From Eledone cirrhosa (lineage: Eukaryota): a stretch of 64,000 bases of DNA. The position numbers and the translations under genes were made by a program. Below, in pieces: positions 38,403 through 51,459 of this stretch; within the stretch, counting starts at the first letter, position 1; every line of letters starts with the position of its first letter. The notes beneath the pieces were generated by a model. The model was not told where the DNA came from. It did not search any database and saw only the letters and a program-made list of their open reading frames with translations. The stretch is from NCBI GenBank assembly GCA_964016885.1, contig OZ024743.1:194804001-194868000 (forward strand), given 5' to 3'.

Positions 38403-38757
38403 TACTGGATTATAATAGCGGTGTACTTTCAGGTATGTGTTTTTGTGCAATAAACATACAAGAGTCTCGCTATGAATGTTTATTCGCTGTGATCATGTTA
38501 GTGCTATCTCAGTACTCATGTGAGAACTCAAACATGTGTGGGTACTGAAATATGAATAAACTATAGCGTATATACGCCCACATAACCAATGTAGCTTCAG
38601 TAGAAAGTCAATATTTCATGAAGGTTTGTTTATATTCTTTCAAGTATTCAAATTCATTTATTGATGTTGTGGTAAGCCTCATCCCTTCTGTCTTATGTGC
38701 ATCCTCACATATATACAACATTGTATCAGATAAAGATGCGGCTCTACGGGCGCAGAG
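38403..38757 (+). other. Cluster of three candidate microexons (38403-38432, 38645-38671, 38730-38757)
   Basis: Each is bounded by AG/GT (GTATGT, GTAAGC, GTATTT); spliced in phase 0 they read YWIIIAVYFQ-YSNSFIDVV-IKMRLYGRR. Confidence 0.25.
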
Positions 38758-40210
38758 GTATTTTACTGATGCAATATAACAGTAAAATTGAAGAATAATT
38801 CGTCATTATTCCGCACTATTATGTTAAAAGCAACTGTGAGGAACAAGATTAGCTAGAATACATATTAGATTAATGTCAACAACGAAGCATACTGCAACTA
38901 ATGAACATTCAGCGTAACTGAGCGATCGTAATTTATTTACATTGAATTGGGTTGTTTCTATAGAAAAACCTTTTAATAAATGATGCAAACGGATCGAAAT
39001 AAACAGGAATTTCATGAAAACGAACAACCCATTCTTCAATATAGTATCGAATGTTTACGGAGGAAAACATGGAGACATTGAATACGAATTGAAAAGTGAA
39101 TAAAAAAAATCTGAAGTAACCGACTAAATGATAAATTGACTATCGTGTGAACTGAACATTTTCAGTTATCTAAAAAATAAAAACGAAAACATGTCAAATT
39201 ATTTTCCGTACATTTGTTAATGTGCCAGTATTTCATTGTAACAATACGTTTAAATACGCGTTTGTCAAACAAAACACGTATGTACAGATAGGGGTAACAA
39301 AACAAGACATGCCGAATAACAAAACGAGATTCTAATGTAACACCAGTGACGGGTGGCCTGTATGTGGATGGATAAATATCTAGAGATATCAAGCAAATTT
39401 CGTGTTATTTACATCTGTAACGTCTGGCAAATGGAGAAACACATTGGATAATTTAGACTTCAATATGCAATATCTGAGGAGGTCAAAGATAGTCATTGCA
39501 GGAATAAATGAATGCGGAATTTTAAATGAATGCTAAGCAGCGATATCCCCCGAGAATAAAAATGTATCCTATTATAACTATATTTTCAGAAACCGATGGA
39601 TTTTCAGGGCTGGAAGAGCGTCAGACAAAATGATTTGCAACATAGAGCCACGCCTATTTACATTCAGAGTTTAAATAATAATGATCGAGTAAAGTACCAG
39701 TCAAGTACTTGGCCAATTTAAATAACTTTTCTATCCACTTAAGCTACCAGCCTTGTGATTGAATCGACTTAATAGAAATATTTTGCCCATGGAACGTCTA
39801 TCATTTGACCTCTGAGGAAGAGCAACCAAATATTCTTTGAATCAGACCGCCTGCCTTCTATATATACAAAATAAAAAAGGGGATATAGGTTCTGCTCTAT
39901 CAGGTCTAGCGGACCAAACAAACATCAGTAATACAAATACAACCACCAACAATGGTAAAGTTTTAACATAAGTAAATATAGACATTTATACGTCGTCACC
40001 AGATCCGTAAAGAATAGTAACCAAATCGCACTCATACTACTTCATACGGTCTAAAACAAGAAGATGGTGTTAGATAATGTAGATCCAGATGCGGCGAAAG
40101 AGAGAACGTCAGGGTTGGAATGGTTTTTCCTTACATAACTCTGCTTCACCGGAGATAACATCAACAACAATAACGACGAGAATCATAAGAACAACAAAAA
40201 GAACAACATA

Positions 40211-40394
40211 TAATTGTTTCTACTTTAGGCACAAGGCCAGCAATTACCCAGGGCATTACTGGCACTTTATTTTATCGACCCCGTAAGGATGAAAGACAAA
40301 GTCAACCTCGGCCGGATTTGAACTCAGACGTAAAGGGACGTAACTATGCTGGAAAGCATGGCGTCCGACCCTCTACCGATACTGCCAATCCACC
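40211..40394 (-). mobile_element. SINE, young short-form copy
   Basis: Reverse complement of the 22777 copy. Confidence 0.9.
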
Positions 40395-40822
40395 ATATAA
40401 TGTTTGCAGGAAAACGCAGCAGGAAAACGACTTCATGCCTTTCAAAATAAATAATTTCGAAGAGTAAATAATTTCAAAAAGTAATAATTTCGAAGAATAT
40501 CAACATTAATATATGCAAGAAGAATTTATCTGATACTATCTTCTGGAAAACTTCGGAACAGATGTGAAAATCACAGAGCTAACAAACAAAATATATTATC
40601 TCCAGAACATTCCATTTCATTAACGAATCGTATTACGTCTTTCGTCATTTGTATAGTTAACGATGTAACTAAATTTTACGCAAAGTTAGAGTTCGGTAAA
40701 AGAGAACAAAATAAGTGATCTAATAAAAAAAATGTCGATAGTTTTATATCTAAGTAGACTGAAAAGACATACATGGTTTCAAAGGCACACTGGGATGCAC
40801 GCACACACACGCAAACACACAC

Positions 40823-40905
<83 letters not shown>

Positions 40906-40994
40906 CACAAACAAACACACACAAACGTACATATTACTGTATTTTAGCCATTAAAGCTAAGGCTATATTGGAGTATAACCTTCATATATATGTA

Positions 40995-41097
<103 letters not shown>

Positions 41098-41333
41098 GTG
41101 TGTATATATATATATATATATTGGTAAACGGAATAGAAAATGCTGTCAAATTGTTCACAGTTGAAAAATGGTTTAATTAGGAATAAAAGAGTATTAGTGA
41201 TTGTATGGGTTAGTATTCAGTTGTGGTTTTAAGTTTTTAAGTTTTTACCGGTTGCGCATTTCTAAATGCTTTTCAAAAATAATTTTGAGATAGAGTGTCC
41301 GTACTGTTTGCTCATATATATATATATATATAT

Positions 41334-41408
41334 AAATCAGGGAAGAAGAGTGACACGGTGTGCTATACGGTTTGTATAGCAAACCGTGTCACACTTGTTT
41401 CCTGATTT
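41334..41408. other. ~35-bp-stem hairpin opening a ~245-bp island within (TA)n
   Basis: AAATCAGGGAAGAAGAGTGACACGGTGTGCTATAC-GGTTT-GTATAGCAAACCGTGTCACACTTGTTTCCTGATTT. Confidence 0.8.
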
Positions 41409-41593
41409 ATCATTACTCCAAGTGTTTACAACATAGGAATTACAGCGTACTCGCAGCATCACTATGGACACGCCTTGTTGAGTCAAACTTAGCCAAGCGT
41501 TGATATCATCCACTACCCGGAGTACCATAACTGGACTACACCTAAGTGGACTACCTATAACAATCATTTGTTACCCCGTATATATATATATAT

Positions 41594-41644
<51 letters not shown>

Positions 41645-41899
41645 GTTAAAGAGTAAAGAGAGAGATGGAGATAGGAGAGGAGAAGAGAGATTGGTGAATT
41701 AGTTAGAAGCCAAAGCGTAAAGGCATGTGTTCAATGTGTAATATGCAGTGGAAGGCAGCTAGGTGGCTGGGTTCATGTAGAGGTTAGGTGCACAGAGCTG
41801 GAAATATTCATTAGTTAAGCAAAAACAAGACCACAAATTTCACAAGAAAGATATTATTTAAAGATCGTCAACATATTTTAGTTTGATGTAAGGAATGTA

Positions 41900-43105
41900 G
41901 AGAATAATAATAATAATATATTAATAATAATTATGTCCGTTTACAATTGTTTCGCTACTCAATATAATATTTTTGGATCAAATGATTATAGATCATTATT
42001 GATCTGGGTCAGTTGAAAATAATTAACTTAGGTATAGTTAGAGCGGCTCATCGGAACTTCAAAAGGAATATAAATTAAAATAAGGAAAGAAAGTTACATG
42101 AATGTAATATTCCATATATTGGTATTTTACTATGGTGTCCTGGGTATATCCATTGTCTGCCATAGTCGAGCAGTATTCTTCTGTCGATGCTGCATTGTGT
42201 GAGATCTGCCTATGGGTAACAAGATGGCGGCCAATGGATATTACCTTACTAATTAGAGGGTGGTTTCAGGGGAAGTAACTCCTCGAGAAATTCGAAATTG
42301 TGGGTAGTTTATAGTTAAGAAGTGCTAATTTTTTAATTTTTTAATTGAGAGACAATGTAAGAGAGGTAACTTATAATTATCTAAGTTAGCTATAACTATT
42401 TAACTTATTAGCTATAAGTAAAAATGGGGCTAGATGACTATGTTGGGTCAAATATTCTGTTGGCGAAGGAATTAGCCCTTCAATGTTGACAGCTAATAGT
42501 AACCTCCGTTCTATCGTTAATCGGTATAGGTCGTGATAGAGTTATGTAATATGCTTCGGTAAGACAGAGGTCACAAGAGTTTATTCGTCCATTGAACGGT
42601 TGGGCCGTAGCCAATATATCCCATGTTAGTGAGTGTTCAATGTTGGTTAGTTTAATGTTTTTAATGAGCCTAGAGATGTCGAACATCTGTTGTTAGGGTC
42701 TCAGAAGGAAAAAGAGTGCTCGTTATAGCGTACCTTAAAAGGGTTAGAGGTAGAGCCGATATAGGAGCTGGTATGTGAAGCAGTTTTAACTGTGCACCTA
42801 TAAACTATATTGGGTATCAGGTAATGTCCATTTAGTGGGCATGCATTAGGGTAACGGCAGTTGCATTTACTTCTGCGGTTAGTGAGAGTAGGGTTGTTTA
42901 AACTAAGCGGTTGGTCTGTGCTAGAAGGATTAGATAAGGGAGGTGTTCTACTAGAGTAAGTATTGGTGTAGTGGCGTGGTGTATTTAATGGGTGTGGTGT
43001 TACCGCGGTGTGGTAGTTATACTGTCTTAGTTTATGATGGTTACTGAATGCGATGTGGCTAGCTAGGTTAGGTGTTGTGGAGAATGAGATTTTAATGTTG
43101 TCATA
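41900..43105 (-). mobile_element. Penelope-like element, Naiad-type, 3' fragment (GIY-YIG + 3' UTR + hammerhead)
   Basis: IKISFSTTPNL, KCNCRYPNACPLNG, NIVYRCTV, YIGSTSNPFKVRYNEHSFSF, LTWDIL, CDLCLTEAYYI, INDRTE..CQH. Confidence 0.85.
41939..42057 (-). ncRNA. Type I hammerhead with extended stem II and a core mutation (CCGATGA)
   Basis: GTT-CCGATGA-GCCGCTC...GAGTAGC-GAAAC-AATTG-TA-AAC on the minus strand. Confidence 0.65.
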
Positions 43106-45697
43106 CAATCAGCCTTGTATGCTGGAAGAGGTTTGACGTCTTTGAGATTTTATCAATGTTGCAAAGACCATTTTCCTTCACTACTATCGGTATTTTGAAC
43201 CTAGAATGCGCTGTTCTCACACCAGGCATCAGTGTTGCGGCAATGCCAGATGACGCAATAGCAATAGCCACGTCACCGTTTCCCCTGACTTTTGAACGAA
43301 TTAAGTTTATCCGGAATGTCTTTCCTGTTCCACCTGGAGCGTCAATGAAAATCAATGCAGATGTGTTCGTCTCTAAACTGTTACAAACGAAGTCGTGCAC
43401 GTGTTGTTCACTATTCAATAGAGGCTCCGTCTCTTCTACAAATCGTCGCTGCTCTTCTCTGCTGTATTGCAATTCATGCAATAACTCCAAATTGCCACTA
43501 TCCTGATTAACAACAATATTATTTGGCCTTAGCAAGTTAAAGTCACTAAGACTTTTGCCCAGGTCGTTAAGTTTGTCTTCAACATACAGAAGACATGATC
43601 ATAATGTCTCTCGCTAATCAAAAGGTTAGAGTTTCTGGTAGCCCTTTTTTTCTCTTTGAAGGTAATCCTCAGACAGTGAATGCTTAAATCGAACCCATAA
43701 AGCATTGGAATTGTCAATTTCCGTATTTGTGAGGAGCACGATGAATAGATCTCTGATGGCTTTGGGAAGCCTTTTTCGCTCAGCATCTTCCAGAGTCTGC
43801 TGCCAATGATCATCCGATTGAAGCAAACCTTTCTCTCTGCAGACGTCTTTGAATAATGGCAGGAGTTCTCCATCACACATTTTCAAAGAGTTGAAGGATA
43901 CTGGCCCTTTGACGTGATGCAGAAGGAGTTTTAAATAATACAGGTCACCATTTCGTGGAGAAACAGTGTATACTCCTCCCAAAATGTTCGCCTCAAAAAT
44001 TCCTGGATACTGCTCTACTGTTTTCCCCACGTTTCTCCTTTCCCATCTCTTATTACTCCAAGTGTAAAACTTTGGGACATCGGCATAATACAATGTTTTT
44101 GCAAACGGATCCCGATCGCAAAGATTCATGAACTTAGTCAGAGTCGTCTTAGCCATGTTATTGTTTACTTTAACAGCAGCATTGACCCGAAAGAAGATTT
44201 GATTTTCCTCAGGTAGATGAAATTGAACGCGAACTACGGCCGGTTCTCTCTCATCAATTGAAAATCCAAGGCAACAGCTTCTGAAGGACCGATATATCTT
44301 CCTGTTAAAAACTGTATTATCTCATCTTCCCTGTTCACTCCAAACATTGCCTGATCACTGCCCTTCATGTTACATTTGATAACGTATTTGATCGATTTCA
44401 CGGAAGAGCACATCTCCACGTTTAGGTGGCAGTTGAACAGTTTTAATAGTTTCATATTGTAGGGAACCACCCATTCCGAAGTTATATTTCGGCTTCCCCT
44501 TCCTTCTTGGTGCCCCTGAAATCCTCCCATTCCTGGAGACCGTCTGCTGTACACATGATAAGAGTCCTCTCCACACAATATATATTTATTGAAAGGCTTA
44601 GGGTACCGCTTACTGCACGTTCCATCTTTCCAACACGGCGAATTGTTAGAGCAATTCGGACCGTGGATCATGTGCTTCAGCACCAATTCGTGACCCTCTG
44701 GATCTTTGTTTGGATCTGGTATTTCGGCTTGAACAAATTTATCATATTCCTGCGGTTTGGACTTGGGGGCTTCATTGAGTCATAGTAAACAGTGCACATG
44801 AGGAAGACCTCCCTTTTGATATTCGACTGTCAGCATGTAAGCTATGCACTTGCCAAATAGGCCATCTACTCCAGTAAGATACTTTCTTAACAGTTTCCGC
44901 TTCAGGTCAAATACTCTGGCAATTAAATCTGGCCTGTCATGTGGCTTCTGATTCAGGAATAGGTTTTGCCGGATTTCAGGCCAGTTTGGATTGCATGTCA
45001 TTGTGATGAAGAACGAAGGATTGCCGTACTTCCGTATGTACTTCATGGCATCCTGGCATCGCTCCATCAAAAATCTCGGTCCACCGACAAATGTGGAAGA
45101 GAGTATGATTCGCCTGCCAATATTGTGAAAATCGTCATCATCATTCAATGCGTCAGTAAGGCCCTTGTATGTTGTAGATCGCAATGATGTTTGATTCATT
45201 CGGATGTATTGCAGTCTATCTTCTTCAATCTTCGCAGCCATGTCAACTAAATATTGCTGAAATAAACTACCGCCTCTGAGAATTTGGTTGAATTCATTTT
45301 CATTGTTCATTGTTTGATAGGCATAGTAGCGCATTAGCGTCAACTTCTTGTTGTTGCTCATTAACAGCTCATGATGCCATCCGTCATCGCCAAAAGGAAA
45401 ACATAGAACATACTGCAAACTGTCATAGGACCGATGGGACTCTGAGATTATTTGCAATTGTCAGCCTTTTTCTTTCAACACAATGTGCCGTGCTTTTGCT
45501 TGAAGTTCGGTACTGTTTTGTATAATAAGAGAAACTTCGTTTGCAGTTTGTGCATTGAATCTTCTCTCATGTTCCATTGCTGGTCACCTATCAGGATCAA
45601 TAATAATCGAAGCTTCGGGAATATTTTTAATTTGTTCTTTGCCATTCGAAATGAAGCAACGTAAGGGTTATATTGTCTGAGTATTATTTCCAATAAT

Positions 45698-45871
45698 GGA
45701 AGTATCGGTAGAGGGTTGGACGCCATGCTTTGACGCATAGAGTTACGGCCCTTGCCATTCTGAGTTCAAATCCCGCCGGGGTTAACTTTGCCTTTCATCC
45801 TTATGGGGTGGATAAAATAAAGTACCAGTAATGCACTGGTAATTCCTGGCCTTGTGCCAAACGTAGAAACA
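45698..45871 (+). mobile_element. SINE inserted into the Helitron ORF with a 15-bp TSD
   Basis: ATTATTTCCAATAAT at 45683-45697 and 45872-45886; removing the SINE and one TSD restores IVELLEIILRQYNPYV. Confidence 0.92.
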
Positions 45872-46380
45872 ATTATTTCCAATAATTCAACTATGTCACG
45901 CTGAATGCCATCGTTATGGAGTATCCTGATCCTCAAATCAACACTATCCTGAGGATCCAAGAAGTAAATTTGAAGAAAATGGGTTGTTCGTTGGCATTAG
46001 GGGTTAAGGAACCGAAGTAATGGTGAATTTGAGCATGAATAATGATAGAAAGATTCCATCCACGCCTTGAGGAACGAACTTCTTCGGCCCCAAAAGATGT
46101 CATTTGGAACAGGAAGTTGTATTGTCTGAGGTTCTTCCTGAACTCGTTTGCCCGAGGCTGATCAGTACTAAATATACTGTGAAGTTCCTGGGGTAAAGGC
46201 TGCAGATTCCCCAACCTGACTTTTTCATTCATACAGCAAAAGTTAGCAGTTTCACCATGAAAAAGCATTGCATGACAACAGACACAGATCTTATTCATCT
46301 GTCTAACTTCAGCAGAGAGGTCACGTCGTTGAACTGTCCTTGCTCTATCCCTAATTGTTTGTTGGCAAAGACGTTCAGTT

Positions 46381-46860
46381 CTCCGAGCGTGCGATTCATG
46401 ATCTCTCCTTCTTTTGCCACTTTCCCTCTGTTCTGCCTGACGCTCAGCTCTCCGACCATCAGATTCATGATCTCTCCTGTTTCTGTTTCTTTCCCTCTGT
46501 TCCGCCTGACGCTCAGCTCTCCGACGATCCGATTCATGATCTCTCCTTCTTCTGTCTTTTTGCCTCTGTTCCGCCTGATGCTCAGCTCTCCGACCATCCG
46601 ATTCATGATCTCTCCTTCTCTGTCTCTTTCCTTCTGTTCCGCCAGACGCTCAGCTCTCCGACCATCCGATTCATGATCTCTCCTGTTTCTGTTTCTTTCC
46701 CTCTGTTCCGCATGATGCTCAGCTCTCCGACCATCCGATTCATGATCTCTCCTTCTCTGTCTCTTTCCCTCTGTTCTGCCTGACGCTCAGCTCTCCGACC
46801 ATCCGATTCATGATCTCTTCTGCTTCTATCTCTTTCCCTCTGTTCCGCCAGACGCGCATC
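46381..46860 (-). repeat. 69-bp (23-aa) tandem repeat, ~7 copies, Helitron N-terminal charged repeat
   Basis: CTCCGA anchors at 46381, 46450, 46519, 46588, 46656, 46725, 46793; encodes RLAEQRERDRSRRDHESDGRRAE-like units; two 68-bp units shift the frame. Confidence 0.9.
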
Positions 46861-48583
46861 CCTTGCTTTATCAGTCTCATCGATCCTTGTATCGCATACC
46901 TGTCCCAATCTTGTTGGTGTTGACCACTATCTTGCTCACCTTCTTCGGCTCTCCTTAGCCGGTCTTTCTTTCCACTATCGATAGACCAACCAGAAGATTT
47001 CTTTCTTCCTCGTTGAGGTATTATTTAAGAATCGAAAATCATATTCACCTTAGAAAAAATTCCTATTACCTCAACAAATATTTTTTTAAAATCATCATTT
47101 AGAAATATTTCTAAATAATGAAAATATTATCTGTTTAAACAACACGTATTTTTCAAATCATATTCACTTAAAAAATACTTATTAATAATTAAAATATTCT
47201 GTTTAAAGAAAGCTGTAATATATATACTCGGTGTACAAATAATTTGTATTTTTTAAGTCATTTTCACTTAAGAATATAATATTTTTTCCATCGTATTCAC
47301 TTGAAAATAATAATAAAAAAATGAAGATATTGTCTATGTAAATAAAGCTATTTGTGAAATCAAATTCACTTTCAAATATTTCTAAACAAATATTTCTAAA
47401 CAATTGAAATATTCTTTTTAACAAAAGCTAAACTATAAACACCTACTGTTTAACACCAACTGGTGTTTTTCAGTGATATTCACTTAATGCTATTATGATA
47501 ATTAAAATATCGTCTGTTTAAAGAAAGTTCAAATATAGAAACTTGAGGTACAAACAACTTGTAGTTTTGAAATCATATTCACTGAGAAATCATTGAAAAA
47601 TCTTTTTTTAATAATTATTTAAAATATTTCTAGAATGATGAAAATAGGTTATGTCGATTTATTTGTTTTATCCCCATTTCAGGGTTATATCACATTTTTT
47701 CCAATATGCACCGTTTTGGCTATTTACGAAGGTATCCTACAGACACACAAATATATATATATGTCTCTAAATTAAGTACTGTTACACACACATATACACA
47801 CACACATGTCTCTAAGTACGTAAACACATGCACTGGCACACATACACATACAGATACACACGGTGGCAGTAGAACTGTGAAAGAGAGAGAAAGAAATAAC
47901 GTTATGGATAGGTGGGAGAGTTAAAATAAATAAAAGTTAAGGACGCTGTCTCTTTCCCTATCTGTCATCCCCCTCTCTCTCATCCTCAAACTCTCTCTCT
48001 TTCTCTCTCTCACCCTCACTCTCTCTTTCTCTCCCTCGCCCCCTATCTGTCTCTCTTAACTACAGAATGGACAACCAAAAAACAAACGGATTATTTCTTT
48101 CGATATTCATTATAAAATAAGATAAATTGAATTTAGATGAATTCCTTGCTATTTTTGGAAAATTGAAAATAATGTCCATGTGCGATTTACGCCAAACTTG
48201 TTTTATTCAGAGTATTTTCTCATTATGCAATGTTTTGGCTATTTACGAAGTTTTGCAGGATAATGTTAATTTCGAGGTATTTTCCCAGTATGCACCGTTG
48301 TGGCTATTTACGAAGGTACCCCCAAAACCCGCGAATCTCGGGAACCCGGGGTCAGATTTTCGCGAAACTTGTTTTATTCAATTTGTATTCCCATTTCAGA
48401 GGCAACTTGCTTTCAAAGTATTTACCCATTATGCGCCCTTTTGGCTGTATTACATAACACACAAGCAAGCACCCAAGCAAGCACGCAAGATCAGAGTTAT
48501 AGTAGTATATAGATTTAAATAGAAAGTTAAAAACACAATATATAACTACTCCTTTACCAAAAATTTCTGCACGTGAGAAAATG

Positions 48584-48700
48584 TTAATATAGGTCTGGAT
48601 CGTTCATCAGACAGTTAATATGTTAATAACATATCTGTCTGCAGAACGATCCAGACGTATATTAAAATTAATACCTAGGATCCAGAAACATTTGGTAATA
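48584..48700. repeat. Inverted pair of hammerhead-like pseudo-LTR fragments
   Basis: Arms 48584-48614 and 48635-48665; minus arm has CTGATGA, plus arm has CTGCAGA...GATCC/GGATC..GAAAC. Confidence 0.55.
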
Positions 48701-48734
48701 TATCGTGTAGTTCGCTTTCTAATTAAATAGATCT

Positions 48735-48958
<224 letters not shown>

Positions 48959-49018
48959 GCAAACACATATATGTATATATATATATATGTTCTATATATA
49001 TATATATACACATAATAA

Positions 49019-49096
<78 letters not shown>

Positions 49097-49147
49097 ATAA
49101 TTATAATGAAATGACAGGAGGCTGGACTTGTGTAAATCCTTGAAAGG

Positions 49148-49225
49148 TTTATTATACTATGATCATTTCAATGACCGGGTTCCGTATGAATCCGGTGATA
49201 TCATCAGGTATTCGAAATATAATAA
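49148..49225 (-). ncRNA. Type I hammerhead ribozyme motif at the end of a PLE-like UTR remnant (~49100-49830)
   Basis: ATAC-CTGATGA-TATC-ACCGG..CCGGT-CATT-GAAA-TGATCA-TA-GTAT-AATAAA on the minus strand. Confidence 0.75.
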
Positions 49226-50782
49226 GTGAATGTAATAGACAAAATCCATGGGGCTGAAAATCAAACACCCGAGGACGACCGCCATCCACCATCTTCCACC
49301 TTTGCCGGTCGCCCTCAAGTGATGTGGCTAAAGCTACTACCGGTCAAATAAAGGAAAAGAGAAAGGGATAGGAACATAAGTAAGAGTTAAAAAAGAAAAG
49401 AAAGAAAGAAGAGAGAAGGGAGAAGGAAGAAAATGGAGAAGGAAGAAAAGGGAGAAGAAGAGAAGTCAGGGTTAATGTCAGCTATAAGAAGAAAGACAGA
49501 AAGAAAGAGGAGGAAAGGTCGGTATTACAGTCAGGCCAGGAATGTCGCGAAAAAAATTTATTCTAAATGACCCGTATCTTAACAACTACTATCGGTCAAC
49601 TATAGGCAAACAAAAAGGGGGAGGAAGATAAGTCAGCAATAATATCATGCCACAAGGAGAAAGACAGAAAGAAGGGGGAAGAGAAGGTAGAAAAGGAAGA
49701 AGAAGAAAAGTCAGTGTTGATGGCTACAAGAAGAAAGATCGAAAGAAGAAAGGTCGATATTAATGTCAGACTACAGTCAGGCCATGATGGCGCGAAAAAA
49801 ATATTTTCAAAGGGACCCGTATCTTAGCAGAGGTAAATATAGCGGGGCTCAGTATGTTATAATGTGTGAGCAGAAGATTGGAACGCTATATTTTTGTTTA
49901 GATTTATAGGATGAAGTAAAAAAATTAATATTTAATATTAACATTATAAAATTAAAGAAATAAAAAATTGAAAGTTAAACAGTTTAACATTTTTAAGTTT
50001 GCGAGGTTTAAGCAAAGAAAGAGTCTTTTGTGAAGAAACTTAAATTTTATTATAGAGTAACGATTGTCTTTACTTAGCCGTCAAACAGCATGCGGCGGCC
50101 ACAAGCTTGCGCAGCCCATCACTCCGAGTGATATCGCCTAGCGAAAGATATGGAAATCGATTTTTCCGAGCACTCATTAGTATACCATCCCTTGTGAAAC
50201 AGGTTTATGTTTTGAAGTTCCGCCCGATCTGCTGAAAAGGTTTGAATTTTGAAATTTAAACTTGTCTAGGCACCAGGCAGTTGCCATATTATGTCTGTAA
50301 GTATAGATTTAATATTTAATATTTTCTAGATCGATACAGACGGACTATATGTACTTGAATTAAGGTATTTCTATCTGGCTAAAAAATTATTGTCATTTTG
50401 CAAAAAAAACACATTAGTGTTGATCATATTTTTTAAAATTGTAATGTAATGCTCAGAAGTATTTTCTTAGAGCTTAATATTTGTAACTGACTACTAAACT
50501 GAAATATATAGAACATATATATATATGTATATATATATATACATATTTATAATTTAGGGTATGGCTCGAAATTGTATCCGCAATATAACAGGTACAAACA
50601 TATTCTTTGCTCTCCTGAGTTCTTCAACCTTTTATCCGTTTAACCTGTTTTATTTTTCATCTACAGGTTTACCAGAAAACACCATCTTCGCCAAACAAGC
50701 TTGGTGGGGGATTATACTAATAAACAAGAAGGACGACTTCATTTCTACATCCCTGTTTATTTTGTTATATGTATTTCAAAGA

Positions 50783-50838
<56 letters not shown>

Positions 50839-51061
50839 CATAAACGGAGAAAGCTAAAAGCGATACTCCGACCAATTTCCAACTCACTCAACAAACATTA
50901 GGAAATACCGGAGTATATTCCAAATTAAACGATTGGGGTGCTAACTATATTGTATTGTGTGGATAATTGGGTGTATTATTTCATATGAGATATATTAAAT
51001 ATCTCATTTCCCACTATATATATATATATATAAATATATATAAATATATATATATATATAT

Positions 51062-51418
<357 letters not shown>

Positions 51419-51420
51419 AT

Positions 51421-51459
<39 letters not shown>

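Larger units (their letters stand above)
43106..47020 (-). pseudogene. Helitron Rep/helicase, frameshifted
   Basis: Zn finger CVCCHAML..ET..FCC; LFQMTSFG; YDSLQYVL.FP.GDDGW; FFITMTCNPNWPEI; VEYQKGGLPHVHCLL (HUH); WVVPYN, HLNVEMCSSVKSIKY; FIDAPGGTGKTF; ASSGIAATL..GVRTAHSRFKIP. Confidence 0.92.
43106..48513 (-). mobile_element. Helitron (RepHel), 3'-truncated
   Basis: 5' end A|TCTATATACTAC with (GCTT)n at 48513; Rep and Pif1 helicase motifs; no CTRR 3' end found. Confidence 0.9.

Noticed and set aside
41455-41515. SECIS-like ATGA..AA..TGA on the minus strand
   Set aside because: Spacing too long (15 nt), helix II poor, and separated from any ORF by other repeats.
42060-42480. SECIS/selenocysteine recoding, known in some Naiad PLEs
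   Set aside because: No ATGA/GTGA SECIS core seen on the minus strand of this UTR, and most conserved Cys are ordinary codons; the TGA after CQH is better read as decay.
46381-46860. Regular repeats resembling a CRISPR array
   Set aside because: No unique spacers; contiguous 69-bp coding repeat within a eukaryotic Helitron.
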